From: an uncultured Bacilli bacterium
GTDB lineage: Bacteria > Bacillota_I > Bacilli_A > RF39 > UBA660
DNA: 64,000 bases
Assembly (NCBI GenBank): GCA_947626095.1
Contig: CANQQV010000003.1
Span: 64,001-128,000 of the forward strand
Direction of reading: 5' to 3'
Each line of letters opens with the position of its first letter. Positions within the stretch are counted from its first letter, which is position 1. The position numbers were made by a program, and so were the translations under genes. A model generated the notes under the pieces. That model was not told the DNA's origin. It was given only the letters and a program-made list of their open reading frames with translations, and searched no databases. Shown piece by piece: positions 9,862 to 19,563 of the stretch.

Positions 9862-10146
9862 TTGAAGAGTAATGATATTTTAGCTATAAACTTAAAATAT
9901 TATCGTTATTTGTCAAAACTTTCTCAAGAGAAATTCGCCGAAGCTTTAGACACAAGTTTAATATACGAAAACCAATTAGAGAAAAAAAGACGAAATCCTT
10001 CTTTAGAAATGTTAGATAAACTATCAACAGGTATCTCCAAACTATTAAAAACTCATATAACATCTGCTGATTTAATAAAATATGATGAAAAAAAGATTGT
10101 TAATCATAAACGAATAGATGAAACAAAAAGAACTAGTGAATCCTAG
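9862..10146 (+). CDS. XRE-family HTH regulator
   Basis: LKYYR..LSQEKFAE..QLEKKRRNPSLE; RBS GAGGTG, TTG start. Confidence 0.85.
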   Translation: MKSNDILAINLKYYRYLSKLSQEKFAEALDTSLIYENQLEKKRRNPSLEMLDKLSTGISKLLKTHITSADLIKYDEKKIVNHKRIDETKRTSES

Positions 10147-10153
10147 TTCTTTT
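10125..10153. terminator. Bidirectional terminator
   Basis: AAAAGAACTAG...CTAGTTCTTTT between convergent genes. Confidence 0.8.
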
Positions 10154-10364
10154 AATTATACATTTTTTTATTTAAATCTAAACCCTCTAATTGTAAAGCA
10201 ATCACCATACTTTTTATCTCAACATCATTAAAACCTTGTTCCTTTAAATCTTTACGTTTCAAAATCCATAAATCATTTACAGTATTAATTTTTGCTTCTT
10301 TTAATTTCTTAGTTAATTCAGGAGATAAATTTAATTTGCTTATCTGTTCATCAATATTTACCAT
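10152..10364 (-). CDS. Stand-alone RNA polymerase alpha-CTD-like protein
   Basis: ISKLNLS..L.K.AKINTVNDL...L.LEGLDL aligns with alpha-CTD [25 protein letters not shown]...LEELGLGL. Confidence 0.7.
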   Translation of the reverse strand: MVNIDEQISKLNLSPELTKKLKEAKINTVNDLWILKRKDLKEQGFNDVEIKSMVIALQLEGLDLNKKMYN

Positions 10365-10367
10365 TAT

Positions 10368-10859
10368 TTATTCCCCCTTTTCTTGTTCTGTAATAAAATC
10401 AATTACATATTTTTTACACTCATCATACGACATATCTAGAGCTATCCCTAATGTCGTATATAAATATTTTTCACTTAAATTAAAATAATTATTATCTTTT
10501 TCGGCAATCTTTTTTCCACAATTTAAACGATTTTGATTACGTATATATGTAGTTTTAATTATTTTAGCTAAATCCAAAGGATTTTGTGTACTTAATAATT
10601 CTTTATAAACATTCTCTAATGACTTTTCATCTGTCTTAATACACTTAACATCTTTTATCGCTTTAATAATATCCAGAGCTTGTTCTTTTGTTAAAATATT
10701 TTGGATATCTTTAGCATCTACTGGTACTTTAAGAGTTAACGATTCATCATTTACGGGAGTCAAAACGTAATAATCACGATCTTGAAAATACTTTTCTTTA
10801 ATATCCCTAACCTGACATACTTCTCTTTTATATAAAATATAATCATTTATTTTATACAT
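10368..10859 (-). CDS. CarD-family transcription factor
   Basis: YKINDYILY..VCQV..I, YYVL.P, LKVPVD N-terminal CarD/TRCF domain plus helical C-domain (GKK...D..Y...EK.LY). Confidence 0.85.
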   Translation of the reverse strand: MYKINDYILYKREVCQVRDIKEKYFQDRDYYVLTPVNDESLTLKVPVDAKDIQNILTKEQALDIIKAIKDVKCIKTDEKSLENVYKELLSTQNPLDLAKIIKTTYIRNQNRLNCGKKIAEKDNNYFNLSEKYLYTTLGIALDMSYDECKKYVIDFITEQEKGE

Positions 10860-10877
10860 AAAACCTCCCCTTTCCTT

Positions 10878-10959
10878 AAAAAGACGAGTAGCTCAACTGG
10901 ACTTACGCCTAAGCTACTCGTTGTATTAATATTATAACATTTTTTCTTTCTCTTAGTAA
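10878..10959 (-). promoter_or_regulatory. carD-like promoter followed by a leader hairpin with U tract (attenuator-like)
   Basis: TTACTA, 17 nt, TATAAT (extended TG), then ACGAGTAGCT/AGCTACTCGT stem plus CTTTTT just before the RBS. Confidence 0.55.
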
Positions 10960-10962
10960 GTT

Positions 10963-11697
10963 TTATTTAAACGGAATAAGAAGTTTTTCATCAAGTTTAG
11001 AAGCATCAAAACGATAATGCCCTGTTATCTTATAATTTGTAATAACATCTTCTTCTCTATTTAACTGACCACCATTATGAATAATATATGTATATCCTTT
11101 TTCATTACGACGATCAGATATCATTCCTACATGATTATTATTTAAAAAGACTATATCGCCCGCTTGCCATTCAGCTATCTTTTTATAATCATTAGTTAAA
11201 CTAATCGCATTTCTTTTAAAAAATACTCTTAAATTATTTACTCGACGAAAGTCAATATTCTTATCTCTATTTTCAATATCAGGATAATCACTAGGATGCA
11301 TCTTAATATCATTATCGACCATGTCTCTTAAACTATAACCTGCATTTTTAAAAGCACGCCATATCACATCCGTACAAACTCCTTCACTATCTGGTGGATA
11401 CGAATCAGCATAATACTTACTAATATAAGTCGGATGATTTTCAGCATCTTGACGAGCTCCTAATAAAAAGTCTGAGTAATCATCAATATCATCATTATCA
11501 AAATCAACACTACTATAAACAGTTTTTATATCAAAGTCTTTGCCCATATAATATTTCTTAGGAATTAAGTTACATTTATTCATCACAAAAATTACTACTA
11601 CAGTAAAAACTAAGATAATACAAATTATAAGGAAATTACGTAAAACATGTTTCTTTAAACCATCAGATAAATTTTGCAAGAAAATCACCCTTTTCAT
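10963..11697 (-). CDS. DUF1287/YijF-like NlpC/P60-superfamily protein with N-terminal TM
   Basis: GVCTDVIWRA, DKNIDFRRV, WQAGDIV, HVG, IIHNGG. Confidence 0.85.
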   Translation of the reverse strand: MKRVIFLQNLSDGLKKHVLRNFLIICIILVFTVVVIFVMNKCNLIPKKYYMGKDFDIKTVYSSVDFDNDDIDDYSDFLLGARQDAENHPTYISKYYADSYPPDSEGVCTDVIWRAFKNAGYSLRDMVDNDIKMHPSDYPDIENRDKNIDFRRVNNLRVFFKRNAISLTNDYKKIAEWQAGDIVFLNNNHVGMISDRRNEKGYTYIIHNGGQLNREEDVITNYKITGHYRFDASKLDEKLLIPFK

Positions 11698-11726
11698 ATT
11701 TTATTATACAAAATTAATATGGCCTT

Positions 11727-12545
11727 TTAAAGATTTTTCTCCCATTTCTTTTTAAGTAACGGTTTAATATCAATAACTACTGGTGATGGTAAAAGATCAC
11801 TAAGTTCACAAGCCATCTCTTGATAATTTACTTCACCAATTACTTTAGCTAAATACTCTAAAGCGCCAATAAAATCTTTTAAACTTATTCGTTTAGCTTT
11901 TCTTAATAAACAATAAGCAATTGTTAATCTTAAAGTCCTATTAATTTTATCATACAACTCATCTAATTGATTATCATCATTAATTTTTCTAGCAAACAAA
12001 GCATATATTTCTTCCCACTCTCTATCAGTTATCATAATTGGTGGTAAATTATAAACTCTATTTAATACATTATATTCAAAATTTATTCGTTTCTTGACAT
12101 CATCTATTGTTAAAAAGACAAATGGCTCTGGCCATAGTTCATCATCATTTCTTTTTTCCTTTGCCATATTCTTTATATCATCATTTAAAAAGTCATTACT
12201 ACTATAAAAAGAACAAGATATATTATAAGGATCATCATCATTTAATTTGATAATATTAGTATCATGACAATTTATTCTTTTACTTTCTTTTACTACATCC
12301 TTAACCATAACTGCTATAGCACAACCACTAACATACATTGTTCCAATAACTAATGGCGTTAAATCTTTAAGTAACAAACTTGCTAAAACTGCCATTGAAA
12401 AAGGCGCAAAAGCAATAAGTGCTTTCTTTTTATTCTCTTTATTTATCTTTTGCATATTAGCTTCCGTTTTACTAACTAAATCATCTAATTGCCAAAGATA
12501 AAGTTCTTCTGTTAATGTTCTAATCTCTCCATTATGTATTTTCAT
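11727..12545 (-). CDS. Hypothetical 2-TM protein
   Basis: 272-aa ORF with hydrophobic hairpin near the N-terminus. Confidence 0.7.
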   Translation of the reverse strand: MKIHNGEIRTLTEELYLWQLDDLVSKTEANMQKINKENKKKALIAFAPFSMAVLASLLLKDLTPLVIGTMYVSGCAIAVMVKDVVKESKRINCHDTNIIKLNDDDPYNISCSFYSSNDFLNDDIKNMAKEKRNDDELWPEPFVFLTIDDVKKRINFEYNVLNRVYNLPPIMITDREWEEIYALFARKINDDNQLDELYDKINRTLRLTIAYCLLRKAKRISLKDFIGALEYLAKVIGEVNYQEMACELSDLLPSPVVIDIKPLLKKKWEKNL

Positions 12546-12599
12546 CCCAATACCCTCTTTAGCAAAGATAATTTATCATAAATAAAAAGAATTAGCAAC

Positions 12600-13334
12600 T
12601 TAAAGAGCTAATTCTTGATTCCTTTTTTTAATAATAAAATAATATACTAAACCCGATATTACTAATCCTGTTACTTCTAAGGTTAACATTGGTGGAAAAT
12701 ACTTAAGCCATGGATATAATACCATTACATTATCAGGTATTTTCGTTGAAAATATATAATTAGTCTTAAAAGCCAAATTAAACGGATACATAATTAACAT
12801 TAAAAAATTAGTTAAGATAAAGGTTTGAATATAGTTTTTAAACTCAACATGATAATTTAGTGCATAATAAGAAAATAAACTAAGGGAAATAAAACAATGA
12901 TGCGATATAACATATTGCCAGAAATTAAAATTATCAATCGTTGAAACTAAATTCGGCCATAAAATAGCTGGTATTGGCCCTATAAATGATAAAAAGATAG
13001 TTATCTTTAAAATATTCTCTTTATTAAACAAAATACCAAACATAAATAAATAATTAGCAATAAAACATAAATGTAATGGTAAATGCTCTTTATAATCAAA
13101 ACTACCAAAATATAAATTACCAAAAGTAAAAATAAGCATATTAATAAATAATATAATCGCTCCTATTTTTAAAATTCTTTTACTGGTCTTTACTGGTATT
13201 TTAGCAATTTTATTTCTTTTTAAATAAATAATAATTAAAACTATTACTACTAACCCAATAAATATATTATGTATTAAACCAAATTGTTTAAACAAAAACT
13301 TAGGATGCTCATTAACAAAGAACTCTCTTAACAT
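12600..13334 (-). CDS. YwaF/TMEM164-family membrane protein
   Basis: QFGLIH, LPLHLC, YVISH, TNYIF. Confidence 0.82.
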   Translation of the reverse strand: MLREFFVNEHPKFLFKQFGLIHNIFIGLVVIVLIIIYLKRNKIAKIPVKTSKRILKIGAIILFINMLIFTFGNLYFGSFDYKEHLPLHLCFIANYLFMFGILFNKENILKITIFLSFIGPIPAILWPNLVSTIDNFNFWQYVISHHCFISLSLFSYYALNYHVEFKNYIQTFILTNFLMLIMYPFNLAFKTNYIFSTKIPDNVMVLYPWLKYFPPMLTLEVTGLVISGLVYYFIIKKRNQELAL

Positions 13335-13374
13335 CTTTTCCTATCCTCCAATTAAAAAGACAGAATAATCTGTC

Positions 13375-13890
13375 TTAACTAGTTTTGAATTGAATAATAA
13401 TTCCTAGTACAAAAACTACTAAAACAACTATCGATAAAACATTACTACTCATTGTAATTAAAACTGGTAAATAAGCTTTAATAATTGCTGACCCAGCTAG
13501 TGAAGAAACTAAAATCATTATTGGTTTAATAAAGAAAGTCGCTAACATTCCTGCTAAAGCTGAAATAACTAATCTTACTACTAACATCATATTAGCATCT
13601 AACCCATTAATCTGGATATTTAAAGAGCCATATACTAAGTAAGCCACGGCAATTAATACGGCCAGCTTTTCTAATTTAAATCCTAAAGATCCTAGTACTA
13701 AACCCGCTACTATTTCTATAATAATATTAACTTGTTTACTTAAATCAAAATAAGTAAGAACATATTGAGCTACCATATACCCCATTGCAAACCAAGCTAA
13801 TATTATAATTAACTTTTGAATTTTAAAACCACTTGTACAAAGGGCTAATCCAATTAAAACCGCCCCAATCGCTAAAATATTATTATCCAT
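13375..13890 (-). CDS. DUF4203-like multi-TM protein
   Basis: IGLALCTSGFK, SSLAGS, GIIIQF. Confidence 0.7.
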   Translation of the reverse strand: MDNNILAIGAVLIGLALCTSGFKIQKLIIILAWFAMGYMVAQYVLTYFDLSKQVNIIIEIVAGLVLGSLGFKLEKLAVLIAVAYLVYGSLNIQINGLDANMMLVVRLVISALAGMLATFFIKPIMILVSSLAGSAIIKAYLPVLITMSSNVLSIVVLVVFVLGIIIQFKTS

Positions 13891-16495
13891 TTTTCTTACC
13901 TTCTTTTACTCTATATATTACTTTATAAACTTCAAACACTGCTATTACTATTAATGACAATAATAATAAATTAATTACTGTTTTAAATGGTAATGGTGCT
14001 ACCTTTAAGAATCTAGCTGTTAAAGGTATTTCAGCTATAACAACTTGTAATAAAATTGAACCAACAACCGTTACTAAAACTAAAGGATTATCTAGTAATG
14101 ACTCTTTAAACACCGTTCTTTTTTCACTACGACAATTTAAAACATTAACATTTTGAATAAATACCATTAACATCATAATAATTGCACGTGCTGTTGTTAT
14201 ATTAGTACCTCTATCCATAATATACTTCCATACTAAGAATACTGTTACACTTATTGTTATGCCTAAAATCATTACTTCGATCATTAGGTCTCTAGAAAAT
14301 AATGATTCTTTAGTATCACGTGGCTTTTCTTTCATAATCGCTTTTTCAGTTTTTTCAAAAGATAAAGCTATATCTTGCATTCCATCAGTTACAATATTTA
14401 ACCATAATAACTGAATAGCTACTAATGGTATATCATAACCAAAGGCAATTGAAAGTAAGAAGAATGCTACTTCTGCAAAGCCACAACCTAATAAGAATAA
14501 AGTTATTTTACGAATATTACTATAAGCAGTTCTTCCTTCTTCAATACCCGCTACTATTGAGGTAAAATTATCATCTGCCACAATCATTGAAGCAGTTTCT
14601 TTCGCTACATCCGTACCACTACCCATCGCAATACCTATATTAGCTGACTTAATGGCTGGTGCATCATTAACACCATCACCTGTAACAGCCACAAACTCCC
14701 CTTGTCTTTTTAATGAATTAACAATATCTAATTTATCCATAGGTGTTACACGGGAAAATACTCTTATATGTCCAACAAACTCATCAAATGCTTCTTCACC
14801 CATCTCACGGTATTTGGCGACATCTTTACCAGTTGCTACTTCTGAAGCATCTTTACATAAACCTAAATCTAAAGCTATCGCATAAGCCGTAAGTGGATGA
14901 TCACCTGTAATCATCATTACTTTAATTCCAGCATTTTTACATTCTTTAATTGAATCTTTTACTTCGACTCTAATTGGATCAATAAAAGCAACCATACCCT
15001 TAAAGTCTAACTTTTTAATATCTTCTTTACTCGTTCCTTTTACTTTACCATCAGCTATCGCAATTACACGATAACCCTTACCAGTTAAATCCTGATTTTG
15101 ATTATGATACTTTTGATTCTCTTCGGAAAAAGCCATAACTTTTTCTAAAGAGCCCTTAACTGTACAATATAGTTCATTATTCTTCTTATAAAAAACAGCT
15201 GAATATTGATTTTCTGACTCATAAGGAATAATCTCTTCTACTTCTGGTATATCATCTATTTTCATTTTCTTAGCTAAACTTAAAAAAGCTATATCTATTG
15301 AATCGCCAAATGATTCCCATTCATCGTCTTTTTTCTCTAAATGAGCTTCATTATTTAAGGCCCCTAATAATGCAATTTCATAAGCTTTATCCATATTAGC
15401 TTTATCTACTGCTGTAACTTTACCATTATCATTATATCCAGTTCCACTTATTTCGTATGTTGAACCATCTTTAGCTACAATCATTTTAGCTGTCTGTTCA
15501 TTCACGGTTAATGTCCCCGTTTTATCTGAAGCAATAACTGTACAACTACCTAATGATTCAACGGCATTTAATTTCTTTACAATAACATTCTTCTTAGCCA
15601 TTCGCTTAGAAGCAATGGTTAAAGCCATTGTTAAAGCAAGTGGTAATCCTTCTGGCATCGCTGATACTGATAAAGCGATAACACATAGAAATATCTCATT
15701 AGTTGGATATCCCTTAACTAATAAGATAACTGTTGTAATAATCGCAATTAAAACAATAATAATACTAATTTGTTTGGAAAACTTTTCTGTTCTAATCGTT
15801 AAAGGTGACTTTTCTTCTTTCGTATTAGTTACCTTATCAGCAATATGACCTATTTCGGTATTTGTTCCAATTGCTGTAACAATTGCATGTGCACGACCTG
15901 TTATAACTGCAGTTCCGGCATAAACCATATTAATACGTTCAGCTAGTGTTGCTTCCTTATTTATTTCTTCTGCAGTTTTAACTACTCCAACACTCTCTCC
16001 CGTTAAAGCTGACTCATCAACCTGAAAATTATGACATTCAATAATACGGGCATCAGCAGATATCTTTGTTCCACTTTCTAAAACAATAATATCGCCTACT
16101 GTTACTTCACTAGAATCAATTTCTATCTCTTTATTATTTCTAATTACTCTAGTTGTAACTTTAATCATATTAATTAGACTTTGTGCATCTTTACGAGCTT
16201 TCCATTCTTCAAAGGTTCCCATTAAGACATCAACTAAAATAATAAAGATTAAAGCAATCGCATCAACTACTTCATGAGCGACAAAAGATAAAATTACGGT
16301 CACTACTAAAATAATCTCAATTGGATTATAAAATTGCGAAATAAATATTTTAAAAATACTATCTTGTTTCGCTTGTGGTAGTTCATTTTTACCATATTTT
16401 TCTTGATTACTTTTAACTTGTTCTGAAGTTAAACCTGTCTTTTTACTTTTTAATTCTTTTAATACTTCATCTGTACTTTTAGCAAAATAATTCAT
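13883..16495 (-). CDS. P-type cation (Ca2+-type, P2A) ATPase
   Basis: TGES, PEGL, DKTGTLT, KGS, TGD, TGDGVNDAPA. Confidence 0.96.
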   Translation of the reverse strand: MNYFAKSTDEVLKELKSKKTGLTSEQVKSNQEKYGKNELPQAKQDSIFKIFISQFYNPIEIILVVTVILSFVAHEVVDAIALIFIILVDVLMGTFEEWKARKDAQSLINMIKVTTRVIRNNKEIEIDSSEVTVGDIIVLESGTKISADARIIECHNFQVDESALTGESVGVVKTAEEINKEATLAERINMVYAGTAVITGRAHAIVTAIGTNTEIGHIADKVTNTKEEKSPLTIRTEKFSKQISIIIVLIAIITTVILLVKGYPTNEIFLCVIALSVSAMPEGLPLALTMALTIASKRMAKKNVIVKKLNAVESLGSCTVIASDKTGTLTVNEQTAKMIVAKDGSTYEISGTGYNDNGKVTAVDKANMDKAYEIALLGALNNEAHLEKKDDEWESFGDSIDIAFLSLAKKMKIDDIPEVEEIIPYESENQYSAVFYKKNNELYCTVKGSLEKVMAFSEENQKYHNQNQDLTGKGYRVIAIADGKVKGTSKEDIKKLDFKGMVAFIDPIRVEVKDSIKECKNAGIKVMMITGDHPLTAYAIALDLGLCKDASEVATGKDVAKYREMGEEAFDEFVGHIRVFSRVTPMDKLDIVNSLKRQGEFVAVTGDGVNDAPAIKSANIGIAMGSGTDVAKETASMIVADDNFTSIVAGIEEGRTAYSNIRKITLFLLGCGFAEVAFFLLSIAFGYDIPLVAIQLLWLNIVTDGMQDIALSFEKTEKAIMKEKPRDTKESLFSRDLMIEVMILGITISVTVFLVWKYIMDRGTNITTARAIIMMLMVFIQNVNVLNCRSEKRTVFKESLLDNPLVLVTVVGSILLQVVIAEIPLTARFLKVAPLPFKTVINLLLLSLIVIAVFEVYKVIYRVKEGKKNG

Positions 16496-16615
16496 CTATT
16501 TACCTCTTCTCTGAAGAACATCTTTATCTTTATACCTATTACCAAAAATTATACCATATCTAATCATTGATTTCTATACTTTATAAGCATCAAAAAAGCT
16601 TGTTCTAAAACAAGC

Positions 16616-17434
16616 CTATAAAAATGTTTCACGGTATTTATTTACACCAGTTAATAACGTCTGATCTAATACTTCAAATCTTAAAGAAATCTTTGCTTCC
16701 TTTAATCTTTTCATTAAACTATCTTTATGCTGTGGATACTTTATTGCTAAACGATATAATTTTAAATATTCTTCTAACATATCTACCATGGTATCTTCAC
16801 TTATCGGTGCTGTTACATTACTATTTGGCACAATACGATAAGTAAAAAATGATTCTTTAAAACTCGTATAACTCTTAGCTTTACATAAAGCAGTTAAAGT
16901 AAAAGCAATATCTTCATATCTCTTACATTCAGGAAAAGTAATATCTTTTAATAGTTCTCTTTTAAAACATTTAGTTGGACACCCTAAATACTCCGTATCT
17001 GCGATTCTTTCTTCTAATGACTTATCTTCTTCTGTCATATAGACAAATTCCCCAGTACTTCTTTTCTTAGTAAAATCTAAGAAAATAACATCTTCACCCT
17101 TAATCGTTTTAACAAGTTTCTCTAAAGATTCATTACTAGTTAAATAATCATCACTATCTAAAAAGATAATATAATCCCCCGTCGCTTCCTTTAAGCCACA
17201 ATTTCTTGCACCTCCAGCTCCACGACGATTAGTTTTTAATACTTTAAAACTATTATATTTCTTTACTTTCTCTAAACTATCATCTGTACTACCATCATCA
17301 ACGACTATTACTTCATAATTCTTATATGTCTGATTAGTAATACTATCTAAGCAATCATTAATATATTCTCCCTTATTATAATTAGGTACTATAAAAGTAA
17401 ATTTTATCTCACTCATCTTTACCCACCTTATCAT
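16616..17434 (-). CDS. GT2 glycosyltransferase
   Basis: IVPNYN, VDDGSTD, ARNCG, FLDSDD, YED. Confidence 0.92.
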   Translation of the reverse strand: MIRWVKMSEIKFTFIVPNYNKGEYINDCLDSITNQTYKNYEVIVVDDGSTDDSLEKVKKYNSFKVLKTNRRGAGGARNCGLKEATGDYIIFLDSDDYLTSNESLEKLVKTIKGEDVIFLDFTKKRSTGEFVYMTEEDKSLEERIADTEYLGCPTKCFKRELLKDITFPECKRYEDIAFTLTALCKAKSYTSFKESFFTYRIVPNSNVTAPISEDTMVDMLEEYLKLYRLAIKYPQHKDSLMKRLKEAKISLRFEVLDQTLLTGVNKYRETFL

Positions 17435-18473
17435 TTAAAGCATATTCTAAATAGTTAGCAAATTCTTCTTTTAATTTACCACCATCATACTTTTCTATAC
17501 TTTCTCTATTTTCTTGCGATAACTCTTCTAGTATTTCTCTATTATTATATAATTCTTTTAATTTAGCTTTTAACTTTTTCTTTACTTCTTCATCCTTTAA
17601 GCCATTTTGTCTTTCCCCAATTATATATTCTTGTTCTTTTGGCCCTAGTACTTCTTTAACTACTCCAACATCCGTTGTTACAATTGGAATTCCACAGTAC
17701 ATTGCTTCCAAAACTGGTAAAGGCGTTCCTTCATGAATTGATGTACATAAACATACATCTATTTCTTTATAGTAATCTAGCATTTCTTTTCTACTTCTTA
17801 GTTTCTCATTACGATCAGCATAATAACCTTTTATATCGTAACCTTCCGTCACTAATTCATCTATTACTGGTTTAATAATTGTATTTAAACCCTTTAAATC
17901 GATATCATTAACTTTTCTTGCACTATTGCCTACCCACCCAACGACAAACGTTCTATTTAAATTTTCAAAACGTTCTAAATTAAGTGGTTTTAAATTACTA
18001 TAATCAATTACATCATGAACTACCCCATAAGGCTTTTTATACTCTTTTACTTTTATATACTCTTTATATAGTTTCTTCGAAGAAACATAATACGTACAAG
18101 TATATTTATTAAATATATCTTGATACTTCAAAATATTTTCTTCATCTAAATATAAGAAATCATAAACTCCTGTTGATAATTTACTACTTAATTTTTTAAT
18201 AAACTCCTCAAAGTCCCCTTTAATATGTCCTTTAAATTCTAACGAATCTAATAGTAATAAAGACTTACGCCAAAAGAAATGAATTAAATCACAATCTAAA
18301 TTGCGTTCAATCACCTCGTATAATTCCTCTGGTTTATTGTACATATCAAAATAATCAATACGTATTTCATACCTATCTCTTAAATCTTTTTTTAACTGAT
18401 TAGCAATAATATCAAATGCCCAACCACGAGCATCACATATTAAACATATTTTAAGTTTAACTAACTTACTCAT
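17409..18473 (-). CDS. GT4 glycosyltransferase
   Basis: GWVGN, SIHEGTPLPVLEAM, TTDVG. Confidence 0.9.
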   Translation of the reverse strand: MSKLVKLKICLICDARGWAFDIIANQLKKDLRDRYEIRIDYFDMYNKPEELYEVIERNLDCDLIHFFWRKSLLLLDSLEFKGHIKGDFEEFIKKLSSKLSTGVYDFLYLDEENILKYQDIFNKYTCTYYVSSKKLYKEYIKVKEYKKPYGVVHDVIDYSNLKPLNLERFENLNRTFVVGWVGNSARKVNDIDLKGLNTIIKPVIDELVTEGYDIKGYYADRNEKLRSRKEMLDYYKEIDVCLCTSIHEGTPLPVLEAMYCGIPIVTTDVGVVKEVLGPKEQEYIIGERQNGLKDEEVKKKLKAKLKELYNNREILEELSQENRESIEKYDGGKLKEEFANYLEYALNDKVGKDE

Positions 18474-19492
18474 AATAAGCCCATTACTTTCATATCTTGT
18501 CTAACTTCTAAGAAGTTATAAAATAACTCATGATTATATAAGATTAAATACAAGCAAGCTTTTTGCGATTTATTTAATAAAGGCAATAACTTAGCTTCTA
18601 AGCTCTTATTCTTTAATGCTTTAGTAATAATACTAAAGATATGCGTTGATTTCTTCGCTACTGTTTTATATTTTCTTCCAGCAATTACATATTTAACACT
18701 TATACTTATAATTGATTCAAGCAAAGCAAATAAATTATATACTTGATAATTTAAATTTTTTTCATAAACATCATTATAACGGTATAATATAACATCTAAA
18801 AAATCATTAAGATTCTTTTCTGAACATGTCGCTGTAATACTATTTTCTCTTTTTAAATAGTTATAACAAACCTTATTAACATAAACAATCTTCTTTATAT
18901 ATTTAGACATTTCATAAGTAAATAATACGTCTTCATAGCATATATTTTCTTTAAATAAACAAGAATCAAATAATTCTCGACGATATAACTTCGTACAAAC
19001 ATAATTTTTAAAACTTTTACGTAGTAAAACTTCTTTTAAAATTGTTCTTTTATTATATACTTTTAATTTAGAATTATGTTCACTTTCTTTGATATCATCA
19101 CTAGTTTCAATGACATATCCACTTTCTCTCGTCATAACTAAACTAGCACTAGCAACATCAGCTTTTTTAAGCAATATAGCATTTAATAATGTTTCACAAT
19201 AATCCTCCGTTATCGTATCATCACTATCGATAAAAGCCAAAAATTCCCCTGTACTTACTCGAATTCCTTGATTCCTTGTTGCTGATAAACCTTTATTCTT
19301 TTCATGATATACCCTAATTCTTTGATCTTTTTTGGCATACTCATCACATATTTGTGGCGATTCATCAGTTGAACCATCATCAATTAAGATAATTTCTAAA
19401 TTTTTATACGTTTGTTTTAATATACTATCTATACATTTATTTAAATACTTACTAACATTATAAACCGGAACAATAAGACTGATTTTATTCAT
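18470..19492 (-). CDS. GT2 glycosyltransferase
   Basis: IVPVYN, IDDGSTD, FIDSDD, YED. Confidence 0.92.
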   Translation of the reverse strand: MNKISLIVPVYNVSKYLNKCIDSILKQTYKNLEIILIDDGSTDESPQICDEYAKKDQRIRVYHEKNKGLSATRNQGIRVSTGEFLAFIDSDDTITEDYCETLLNAILLKKADVASASLVMTRESGYVIETSDDIKESEHNSKLKVYNKRTILKEVLLRKSFKNYVCTKLYRRELFDSCLFKENICYEDVLFTYEMSKYIKKIVYVNKVCYNYLKRENSITATCSEKNLNDFLDVILYRYNDVYEKNLNYQVYNLFALLESIISISVKYVIAGRKYKTVAKKSTHIFSIITKALKNKSLEAKLLPLLNKSQKACLYLILYNHELFYNFLEVRQDMKVMGLL

Positions 19493-19563
19493 ATATTTTC
19501 TTCACCATTTTTATCATCCTACAGCGAAAATCTCGCTGCTGGCCTAATAATATCACAATCATT

